Below the pieces are notes generated by a model. It worked only from the letters and a program-made list of their open reading frames with translations. It did no database searches and had not been told where the DNA came from. Shown here in pieces: positions 28,186-37,945 of a DNA stretch of 60,000 nucleotides; within the stretch, counting starts at the first letter, position 1, and each line of letters begins with the position of its first letter. The position numbers and the translations under genes are program-made. Where the stretch lies: the NCBI GenBank assembly GCA_964187785.1, contig OZ076409.1, forward strand, positions 26,104,001 through 26,164,000. Reading direction: 5' to 3'. This stretch comes from Amphiscolops sp. MND2022 (lineage: Eukaryota).

Positions 28186-28408
28186 TAATTGTTGTTATGG
28201 ACTTGTTGAGTAACTTCAGAGATAGCAATGATTTGAAATCGAGACACCTGGACAACATCTCTGACGCTGTTTTGTTGGTTTGTTGCTGCACTTGGGCTGA
28301 AAGAACTATCACAACACGGTGAGATAATTCCATTAATATTTCATTTCATCAATTCAAGGTCACTGTTGTGATTTTTTCCGAGGAGATAGGCACACACCCA
28401 CATGTGGT
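28186..28408 (+). mobile_element. 5' end fragment of CRE element
   Basis: Matches the reverse complement of 12200-12362 (CTGACGCTG...GCTGCACTTGGGCTGAA) and 30468-30515. Confidence 0.7.
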
Positions 28409-28409
28409 T

Positions 28410-30450
28410 TTGCACAAGTTGTTCAAATTGCAAAGTTTTAATGTACTGGCTATGAGGTATTTAGAGAGAAAACACGGTAACAAGGACATGTCAAACGAAA
28501 TGAGTTTCAGCCGTATGAGCTCGTTAGCAGCACGTGTGGCGCGGATCGTGGGGCTATGAGAAAGAAGGGAGAATACAATGCACAACAATAGCTCCATCAC
28601 AGAGCTTCCATAGAAGACGATGTCATCTCTGATCAGGCTGTAACACACTTGGGACGAGGTGTGATCTATGATCAGGCAGGAAGCATCTTGGGAGATTGGA
28701 GGCCTGAAACTTTTGAAGAGCATTCAGTTATCCAGCGGAAACTTTATACCGGAACAGTTCGAATTGATGTAACATAGTTACCGTAGGAGACCAGGCATGG
28801 GCACCGTAAAGCAAAAATGGCGGTATTAGGGATTTGTAAAGTGAGATTTTTACAATTAGTCTCAGAGAAGAGAATACTTCGTTTGAGGAAGTTGAAAATT
28901 ATGCCGCGTTTGAAAATTTCGATTCAAGATGAAGTTTCCGTGATAGAGAATTATATACAATAAAACCCAAATCTTCAATCTGATTGACAAACGGCAAGTA
29001 TTACGTCCCAAGCAAAAATTGCGCATACTCATCGTTGTCTCCAAGATTGATACTTTCCATTTTGTTGCGTATAATCGGAGACCGTTAAAGTTACCCCAGT
29101 CAAGCAGTGAGTAAATTTCATCTTGTACAGGGGAATCAGGTAAGTGCTGAAAATTTTGAGATTTTCAGCAAAAAAAGTGAAAAGAACTGTTTCACCGGGT
29201 TTTCGACAATATCCTTAACAATCAGTACAAGAAGCAAAGGGCCAAGTGCGTTGCCCTAAGGCACTCCTGGAGTAACTGATAAGAGAGAAGATGGAGATTG
29301 ATTTATTTTCACACCTTGAAAACGGATCGTTAGATAAGAATGAAATAAATGAAGGAAACCAGAGTCAAACTCAAAATTAACCAGCTAAGACAAATGTTTG
29401 TGGTGAGGCACAGAATTGAATGCTTTTCTTATGTCGAAATTAGCAGATACAGCAGAAGAGTTGGTGCAGAAGAATAAACCGTATCCAAATACATATTCAA
29501 CCTGCTACTGTGCGATTTCATTATTCCATGTTGCTCAAGCTCTATTTGATACCTTAATTTGGCGTAAATTTTGTTGAACAATATTCTCTCTAGTACCCTG
29601 AAGAAAATTTAGGCAAGATGCTGTTGTTGGTTAGCAATATCATTATGTGCACCATATTTGTGTAAAGGAGTAACATAAGCTAGTTTCCAGATATCTGGCC
29701 AAGTGTTGGTTTTTTAAAATCCAATTACAGAGCTCAATTACTGGTGTGCATAATGTGTTCGAGCACTGGAAAACAGGATTGAGGTTATCCCACAAGCACC
29801 CACAGCAGTGGAATCGTCACATCACTCCAATAGAAATCGAACATCAGAGAAAGATAAAGAGAGGTCACTTTGGTTGATGGTAAGCATTTCATATTGCAGA
29901 GGATCGGAGTGGGCAACATTTTCGTTGAAGACAGAAGCAAAAAACTTGTCGAATCCCAAGGCCTTATCAGAGTCTGTAAGGAAGAATTCACTACCGGGAA
30001 TTGAAGAGCTGGAACAAAAACGTCTCAGCAGCTTGAATCAGTGTCTAAATGAAAAGATATCAAACTGAAAAATGAAACTTTTTTCGTCCGTCTCTAGAGA
30101 ATTGGAGAGAGATATGTTGAGATCTTTAGTTTTGATAGCAAATAGAAATAAAGCAACGTTCTCGGATTTCCTCAGGAGACTTTCTTTTTGAATAAGAAAA
30201 TGAATAGTTTGTGATGAATAGAACGGGGCCAGGTCATTTTGAATAGCACGTTTAAGTTTAATTGTTTTCACGAAAGAATCAACTAAAAGACTGTACCAAT
30301 CGTCAGGATCGGTAAAAGTAAAAGAACTGTCTCGTGAAAAAAGACTGAAGGGCAACTGAAATTTTCTATTGAACAGAATGGCGTTGAATGGAGACTTTGA
30401 GTAGAATTTTCCAGTAAATTTTGGGACTGAAAAGGAGTGGAAGGTTTTGT
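28410..30450 (-). mobile_element. Decayed CR1-like LINE RT relic, copy B (diverged tandem duplicate of copy A)
   Basis: Colinear with 26280-28135 at an offset of ~2.1 kb; paralogous ORFs 27698/29808 and 26121/28349. Confidence 0.85.
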
Positions 30451-32458
30451 TCCTTAAACAGATTGCTTCACTGTTGTGATTTGTTTCGGGAGATAGGCAC
30501 ACACCCAAATGTGGTATTCCTGCAATTGGTTAGTTTTCAAGTTGTGATGAAAAGCAACGAAACCTGCAATGCTCTGAAGTGTTTGAAGCCCTCAGGGTTG
30601 ACAGACTGGATAAATTGTAGGTTTTGCAACAGATGGGATCAATTAAAATGCGCCAAATAATCAAGAACGGAAGCTTGGAGCCTTGCCAAATTTAAGTGTA
30701 GTAGGTGCTCTTTAGTGAACACAATCCCTCAGTGTCAGGATGATAACTTTAGACCAGACACCTTTTTTAATTCAGGCGTTGTTCACTTGAAAAGAGTTCC
30801 GAAAAACTCACGGATCCCCTTAGCTGAAAACTTGATACCCAAAATTAAGGATATTTGTGAAACCCCGTCAATTATTGCCTTGTGGTGCTTACTGCTGTCC
30901 TCTCTAAGCTGTTTTTTGGAAAAACCACCTCGAGGAGGTAAACGTTAGAAGTCATCCTTCAGTGCAATTATCAACAAGCGTATTCGGGATGGTGTCATTG
31001 AGAGAAAACCGAAACGCGACAGAAAACCGCAGCAAAAAAGCGAGTTAGATCGACGACTGCGTTCCATTTGCACTTGACGAAGGTAATGTTAAGGCCGGAA
31101 TCAGAATGGCAGTAGGCGACGACAAGATTGCAGATTTTCACTGTCGACAACTACGCTGCCCTCAAGCTGAAACATCCGCAGAGGAAAACTTGTTCTGTTC
31201 CGGACCCCGCTGATATCGATTGTTTCTCAACCTCGTAATTTTTTTTCACAAGGCTCTCATGTCCTTCCCCAACAGCTCTAGTGCCGGTTTAGATGGCATT
31301 TTGCCTCAAATTTTGAAAAAAAAATGACTGCCAAGTCAAACGGGCAAACTGAGCTGAAATTTCTCAGAGCTTTAACAAATCTTGTGAATGTGATTCCCGA
31401 AGGAAAAGTACCTTTCGCACTTCGTCCGTACTTTTTTGGTGCGAAACTAATTGCGCTAAAAAAGCCCGCTGGAGGACTTCGTCCTATCGCTGTAGGCAAT
31501 ACTTTGCGCCAGTTGTCAGCAAAATGTGCCGGATACCATGTTTTTGAATCACGTCAAGCAAGATATGGAGCAAGGAGATCCTGAGTCTCCAGTTTTGTTT
31601 TCGGATTTCATTCAGGATCTGATTGACAGTTTGGAGTCGAAAATAAACTTATGGTACCTTGACGATGGAAATTTAAGTGATGCATACAGAACCGTTTTAG
31701 AAGATCTCAAAAACATTGTTGAAGCGGAAAAAACGCCGGGACTCAAAATTAGACCCACAAAATGCGAAATTTTTTTCTTGACATCACTGAAAAACGACGA
31801 TCTTTCTTTCCAAAAACTTGCCCCGCGATCAAAACACCAAAAAAAGATGAAATTATCATTCTTGGTTCACCGCTCGGCCCGAATTCACAAGCAGACTTAT
31901 TGGAAAAGAAAAATACTGAACTGGAAAAAGTTAGTGGAATTGTTGAAAAACTATATGCGCACTATGGTTTTTTTTCATGTTGAAAAATTGCTTCAGTCTG
32001 CCAAAGTTGTTGTACCTCCTGAGAACCAGTACATGATATAATCATTCAGTTCTCTTGGAAAAATATGACAAAACCGTACAAGACGGGCTTTCCAAAGTGT
32101 GTAACGTGAACTTCGACGATATTTCGAAGACTCAGCTGGCTCTGCCCGCTGAGATGAGTGGTCTTGGGGTTTCATCCGCATCATTATTAGCACTTCCCGC
32201 CTTTTTGGCCTCAGCTTTTGGTGCGAGTGGTTTTCTCACGACGATTTTCTCGGAAACATTAAGAGATGTTCCGATTACAAAAGCACTTGAGAAATGGTTG
32301 AGTTTGACGAATGAACAGGAAAGTACTCTCGATGGAACTCAGAAAAATTGAATACAAAATGTCTACGTCAAAACCGCCACAGATTTGATTTCTTGAATGG
32401 ATGACAAACGTTCGAAAGTTTTTAACGCTCATAAAGGCAAGTTCGGGTCTCAATGGCT

Positions 32459-32951
32459 GGCTTGCGGTAATAAAATCGAATTTTGACTCGTCGAATGAAT
32501 AATGTAGATGAATAACGTCGATAGAATAGCGTAGAATTTAGTCGAACAGATTTGAGTCGAATTCTTGTCGAATTTCGTCGTGTCAAAGTTTTAGCTTCAA
32601 AAAATATTTTGGGTACTCTTCCCCATCTAATATGGGGTCAAATACTGTGTATGCACGCTCACCCTCACCGTTGCAAAGAGCAGCTCCCACTACGATCACT
32701 CCGCGATCTCCGTTCCCGCTTTGCTCCTGTTCGACCTCGCTTAGCAAGATGGGAACACGAGCGGCCCCAAGGGGCCGCAGGCCGCCAGAGGGAAGTGGGG
32801 CATATCCGACGGCCAAAACATTGTTTGACCATTTTACATTTGTAATGACATCGACGCAATTACTTCGACATAAGTTTGTCAACGATGGTACTTGGACGCT
32901 GGTTTTACGGTTCAAAAACGACTTTAGTCGTTCGACTTTATTGCTGGACAC
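32459..32951. mobile_element. Non-autonomous DNA transposon (Mutator-like MITE)
   Basis: 9-bp TSD TCAATGGCT (32450-32458, 32952-32960); imperfect TIRs GTAATAAAATCGAA / TTCGACTTTATTGC. Removing it restores the CRE QWLNVVP frame. Confidence 0.85.
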
Positions 32952-33845
32952 TCAATGGCTCAACGTCGTTCCTTGCAAGAACCTAGGCCTGAAACTTGAT
33001 GATCAGCAGCTTCGGATTTCAATTGGTTTGTGTCTCGGGGCCAACATCTGTGTTGCGGACATGTTCACTGTGGTAAAAGAGTTGAACGGCACGGTTTACA
33101 CGGTCTTTCTTGCACCAAGAGTAGTGGTCGCTTCTCAGGTCATGCTACAATCAATTCTCTCATAAAGCAGACGTTGGGATCTCTCGACTTGCCTTCAGTG
33201 CTCGAATCGCGTGGACTGTACTGAACTGATGGCAAACGCCCAGACGGAGTTACCATGATACCTTGGGAAATGGGTAAACAGCTGGTGTGGGATGTCGTGA
33301 TTGTGGATGCTCTTGCACCCTGCCGACTGAATCAAGGCTCTTTATGCAACTCGGGAACCACCGCCACTGAGGCTGAAGCGCGTAAAACTAAGAAGTTTTG
33401 CGAATCAATAGACAGTGGATACATTTTTCAACCGGTGGCCTTGGAAGTACAGGGTTCTTTAGGCGAGAGCAGTGAAATTTTCATCACGCGTCATCTGGCA
33501 GCTTTTTGAAGCAACGGATTTCAATGGCTCTTCAGATCGGCAATGCGGCCTGTGTTCTAGGAACTGTGAGCAACAGGGATGCGTTCGAAGAAATTTATTA
33601 CATATAGCTTAATTTTTTTTCACCTTTATATCATAGCAGGTTTTAAAAAATTTCTATCGGTCGACTGCAAAGTGGCTGGTTTGAGTAGTCTGTTGGTTGT
33701 TTTTTTTTGTTACTGGTCTACTGGTATAGTGGCTGGTATGGGGTCCCCTACTTTCGTTGCAGACCACGGGTGTGTGTCTTCTCCCCCAACATGATGATAC
33801 ACATGGCACTTGATTGATGACGAAGATCCATGATATCTGATAGAG

Positions 33846-34194
33846 AGGTGGCTGTAAAAAGGTCGAATTTTTCTGGTCAAAAAGAAAGAGGTCCAACCTT
33901 TTTATCGCATTGCAGGGATCGAATGGAATGCGGTCGAATTTTATCGTACTTGTTGTATGGCTCGGTCGCTTCGCTTCCTTCGCCAAGTAGCAACATTGAG
34001 GCATGGCCATATGGCACGTCGCTTCGCTTCGCTTCGCTCCTGCATTCAAGGCACTAGGGGTATGTGAACATATCTGACTACGTTATAAAAATTTCGATCC
34101 GAGTTGTTTCGATCCCATTCAAAAATTTGGTATGTCGACCTGAGGGCTAACTCTGATTTTCGATCCCGTTCCTTCCACCTATTTCCGCCCACCC
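33846..34194. mobile_element. ~350-bp MITE (9-bp TSD, Mutator-like), copy 1
   Basis: TIR (G)GGTGGCTGTAAA...ATTTCCGCCCACCC; TSD CTGATAGAG/CTGATGGAG; homologous to 50341 and 51168. Confidence 0.9.
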
Positions 34195-34239
34195 CTGATG
34201 GAGAGAAAGAAAAATTAACTTTTATTTGAAGAGGTTAGC

Positions 34240-34362
34240 ATATTTGTTGTATGGCTCGGTCGCTTCGCTCCCTTCGCCAAGTAGCAACATCGAGGCATGG
34301 CCATATGGCACGTCGTTCCGCTTCGCTCCTGTGTTTAGGGCACTAGGGGTATGTGAACATAT
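34240..34362. repeat. Internal fragment of the same MITE family
   Basis: Duplicates ~33950-34073. Confidence 0.8.
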
Positions 34363-34469
34363 TTGGCCATTTAGTCTACGGGACATTTGGGCGACATTAT
34401 TGTCGCCGAAATGGGCTGAAATTTTTGTCGCCCAAATAGCTGGTGACGAAACGTCCCTGCCCCCAATAT

Positions 34470-34603
34470 AGAGATGAGGGTGAAGTGCTAGACACTCTGC
34501 AAAACGAATACAATGAAATCCTACATGATGAAATTAATGAAATTATAACACTCGAAGGAGAAAATCTCATGTACATTCCTCTCAAATTTGAAAATGTGCG
34601 TAG
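34470..34603 (+). pseudogene. Gypsy-type aspartic protease relic, left part (target of the BEL insertion)
   Basis: LMYIPLKFENVR joins across the CGTAG TSD to RKALVDTGACANAM at 51962. Confidence 0.75.
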
Positions 34604-35381
34604 TGTTGCGAACATATTTCTTGGAAACTAAATTTTTGAAATTCAGATTATATTCGAATTTTTGGAAATGATGTTCAAATGTTACAAACTAGATAATATT
34701 TCGTCAAAAATGTCCTAATATTCAGGTTTTTGCTGTTTTCTGATACATTATCGCTATTCCTTGTATTTTATGGGTTGTTTGCTATCTGATATGTTATTGA
34801 TGATTGCATTTATTGCAAATTTAAGGGAAACTCTTTACGATTAGCCAATAAAATTGCAGTACGTCACTGACATGCCCAAATTTGCCACGTCAACAGTATC
34901 TTGTTTTGTTGAAAAAGTAACCTTACCACGAATGATAACCCTATTTCTTCCCTTTCGGCAATTCTTGAGAAATTTATTCTTTCTTTTATAAAATCTTCCC
35001 TTAGTTTCTGGAGGGGAAATTCTGCAGACACAACTGAAACGTACGAACAACCAAATGAAGAGAAACTACACGACCAGCATTGAGAATCTGGCAAAACCCA
35101 AACCCATGCCAGAAGGAGACAGAGAAGAATATAACGTGAATCAGTAAAAGCGTTCACAAATCTTTCATCTCAGTAAAACTTCTTCATAGTCAACTCATTG
35201 AGGATCTACAACTCAACGTGGACCCAATCATCATTTGGACTGCGTTCACTTTCTAGCATACTAAGACTGTTCAACAGCGCTTGCTAAAGAATATTCCTTT
35301 GTTCTCTGGAATGCCAGAGTGGTCCGCCGATTTCTTTCATTGAATTGTTGACCAAAGGGTCAAAGAGCTTCGGCGAGAACA
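34604..35381 (+). repeat. BEL 5' LTR (778 bp)
   Basis: TGTTGCGAAC...GAGAACA; matches 42985-43384 plus 51579-51956. Confidence 0.96.
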
Positions 35382-35386
35382 TTTTT

Positions 35387-35405
35387 TGGTCCGCGCCGAC
35401 CCGGA
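35387..35405 (+). promoter_or_regulatory. BEL primer-binding site TGGTCCGCGCCGACCCGGA
   Basis: TGG-initial sequence 5 nt after the LTR end. Confidence 0.75.
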
Positions 35406-35420
35406 CATTCTGTCAAACGT

Positions 35421-35562
35421 TGTGGTAGTTTGGACGTTTGCGTCTGCCACACTTCACAATTACAAAAGCTTGGTTCTGTGGTAGTTTGGACGTTTGCGTC
35501 TGCCACAATTTGTTGTCAAGGGACCTACAGTTGGGGTAGTTTGGACGTTTGCGTCTGCCACA
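35421..35562 (+). repeat. Three 31-bp hairpin repeats with unique 24-25-bp spacers
   Basis: TGTGGTAGTTTGGACGTTTGCGTCTGCCACA at 35421, 35477 and 35532 (one mismatch in the third copy). Confidence 0.92.
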
Positions 35563-35576
35563 TATTTCATTTTCGG

Positions 35577-36173
35577 ATGGTTTATGTCATTGGAGCAATC
35601 TCCTTGAGAAGAGCCATCGACAAAGCCCCAACTTCAATCCGCAAAAGCATTCAAGGTAAAGTCTTTGCAGTGCCCGGATTGAGTTTTCACCCTACAGCCA
35701 AAAACCCAAAGAAGCAACTTCAAAATTTACTCAAAAAAGCGCTGAAAAGTTGTAATAAAATCGTTATTTGGCACGACCTTGTGAACAATTCCCTATCCTC
35801 GCATAAGAGTAACGGCAATCGGAACTGCTCACCCGACGTCTTCATCAAAATTTTGGAGCCTTTTCGAGAACAAATCACTGCTATTATTTACAATCAAAGA
35901 ATTGGAACCCCGAACATCCACAAAAAGCTAGTTGAAGCCTCGTACATCACAATCAGTCCAAAACAATATTTGCTATCCAATCGAAAAAGGAGATCAGCTG
36001 AATTCAGTCAAGAATTGTGGAAAATGCATCCATTGGAACGCATTGAACTCCATATCCTGCAAATCATTCTGCATCACCAAAACAATCTCCATAGGCTTCT
36101 GAGGAGAAATCGATCAAAATACAAGAAGAATCTGTCACAAAAGCGACGGAAACGGCTCGCAAAGAAAAAATAG
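35577..36173 (+). CDS. Extra ORF of the BEL element, SGNH/GDSL-hydrolase-like fold with basic C-terminal tail
   Basis: 198 aa from ATG 35577; motifs VYVIGAIS (block I-like), PGLS (II), IVIWHDLVNN (III), KMHP (V); KRRKRLAKKK tail. Fold assignment is by eye only. Confidence 0.55.
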   Translation: MVYVIGAISLRRAIDKAPTSIRKSIQGKVFAVPGLSFHPTAKNPKKQLQNLLKKALKSCNKIVIWHDLVNNSLSSHKSNGNRNCSPDVFIKILEPFREQITAIIYNQRIGTPNIHKKLVEASYITISPKQYLLSNRKRRSAEFSQELWKMHPLERIELHILQIILHHQNNLHRLLRRNRSKYKKNLSQKRRKRLAKKK

Positions 36174-37945
36174 CGTTAGTTTTTGTCGTTCAGCCACTAA
36201 AGGCTTGTAAGATTGCACTTGGTGACTTCTTGGGTGTTTTCTCGCCCGATTGTTGTCGAGTGCAATCTCAATTTGTTCTATAAGGCTAACGTTGCGTCCT
36301 TTAGCGTGCGCTTCGATTTCTTCTTCTTCTTGGTGACTTCTTGAGTGTTTATTCACTCAATTGTCGTCAAGTTAGAATTGAAAGAAAGTGTCTTTCTCTC
36401 ACCTACGCATCGGTACTTTTTCTTACGGAAAACCAAGATTTCGTAATGTCATAATTTGTTTTTGAAAAAAAGGTTGAATAACACTTGATAACAATGGCAG
36501 AAAATGAAACAGTAGTTCTAACATTGAACCCAAAGGTGAGGGTAAGAAACTAATTCGCATTCGTGGCCGGCATAAAGGTGCCTTCACTAAATCGGAGTCC
36601 AAAATTGATCTTATGTTGTCGCAATCGATAGTAAATGAGGAACAACTTTGTGAAGCAGAAGCTCTTTTAGCAAATTTAAAAAATCGATGGAACTTAGTAC
36701 ATCGTTATGATGCCGAGATTGAACTTTTGTTAGACGATGAGGACGAGTTGAGTTCTGAAATTGATTCAAGTGCTCTTTTCGACGAAAAAGCCAGTATTGC
36801 AATTGCTCGTTTAGAGTCTACAGCCAAAAACCCAAACAAGCAACTTCAAAATTTACTCAAAAAAGCGCTGAAAAGTTGTAATAAAATCGTTATTTGGCAC
36901 GACCTTGTGAACAATTCGCTATCCTCGCATAAGAGTAACGGCAATCGGAACTGCTCACCCGACGTCTTCATCAAAATTTTGGAGCCTTTTGGAGAACAAA
37001 TCACTGCTATTATTTACAATCAAAGAATTGGAACCCCGAACATCCACAAAAAGCTGGTTGAAGCCTCGTACATCACAATCAGTCCAAAACAACATTTGCT
37101 ATCCAATCGAAAAAGGAGATCAGCTGAATTCAGTCAAGAACTGTGGAAAATGCATCCATTGGAACGCATTGAACTCCATATCCTGCAAATCATTCTGCAT
37201 CACCAAAACAATCTCCATAGGCTTCTGAAGAGAAATCGATCAAAATCCAAGAAGAATCTGTCACAAAAGCGACGGAAACGGCTCGCAAAGAAAAAATAGC
37301 GTTAGTTTTTGTCGTTCAGCCACTAAAGGCTTGTAAGATTGCACTTGGTGACTTCTTGGGTGTTTTCTCGCCCGATTGTTGTCGAGTGCAATCTCAATTT
37401 GTTCTATAAGGCTAACGTTGCGTCCTTTAGCGTGCGCTTCGATTTCTTCTTCTTCTTGGTGACTTCTTGAGTGTTTATTCACTCAATTGTCGTCAAATTA
37501 GAATTGAAAGAAAGTGTCTTTCTCTCACCTACGCATCGGTACTTTTTCTTACGGAAAACCAAGATTTCCTAATGTCATAATTTGTTTTTGAAAAAAAAGG
37601 TTGAATAACACTTGATAACAATGGCAGAAAATGAAACAGTAGTTCTAACATTGAACCCAAAGGTGAGGGTAAGAAACTAATTCGCATTCGTGGCGGGCAT
37701 AAAGGTGCCTTCACTAAATCGGAGTCCAAAATTGATCTTATGTTGTCGCAATCGATAGTAAATGAGGAACAACTTTGTGAAGCAGAAGCTCTTTTAGCAA
37801 ATTTAAAAAATCGATGGAATTTAGTACATCGTTATGATGCCGAGATTGAACTTTTGTTAGACGATGAGGACGAGTTGAGTTCTGAAATTGATTCAAGTGC
37901 TCTTTTCGACGAAAAAGCCAGTATTGCAATTGCTCGTTTAGAGTC
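35693..37945 (+). repeat. Near-identical 1.13-kb tandem duplication inside the BEL element (35693-36818 / 36819-37945)
   Basis: Junction TTAGAGTC|TACAGCC at 36818/36819. Confidence 0.95.
36613..37299 (+). CDS. Chimeric ORF (Gag N-terminus fused to SGNH-like C-terminus) created by the duplication
   Basis: The first ~68 aa are identical to ORF 37740; the remainder matches ORF 35430. Confidence 0.6.
   Translation: MLSQSIVNEEQLCEAEALLANLKNRWNLVHRYDAEIELLLDDEDELSSEIDSSALFDEKASIAIARLESTAKNPNKQLQNLLKKALKSCNKIVIWHDLVNNSLSSHKSNGNRNCSPDVFIKILEPFGEQITAIIYNQRIGTPNIHKKLVEASYITISPKQHLLSNRKRRSAEFSQELWKMHPLERIELHILQIILHHQNNLHRLLKRNRSKSKKNLSQKRRKRLAKKK

Larger units (their letters stand above)
30455..34215 (+). 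mobile_element. Decayed CRE-clade non-LTR retrotransposon, copy 2 (PHD-like, RT, CCHC, RLE)
   Basis: CNALKC..WINCRFCNRW..C; GAKLIALKKPAGGLRPIAVG; QGDP; WYLDDG; HCGKRVERHGLHGLSC..RFSGH; DGKRPDGVTMIPWEMGKQLVWDV. Interrupted by two MITEs. Confidence 0.92.

Noticed and set aside
35421..35562. True CRISPR array
   Set aside because: Inside a eukaryotic LTR element, only three repeats, no cas genes. Kept as a structured repeat.
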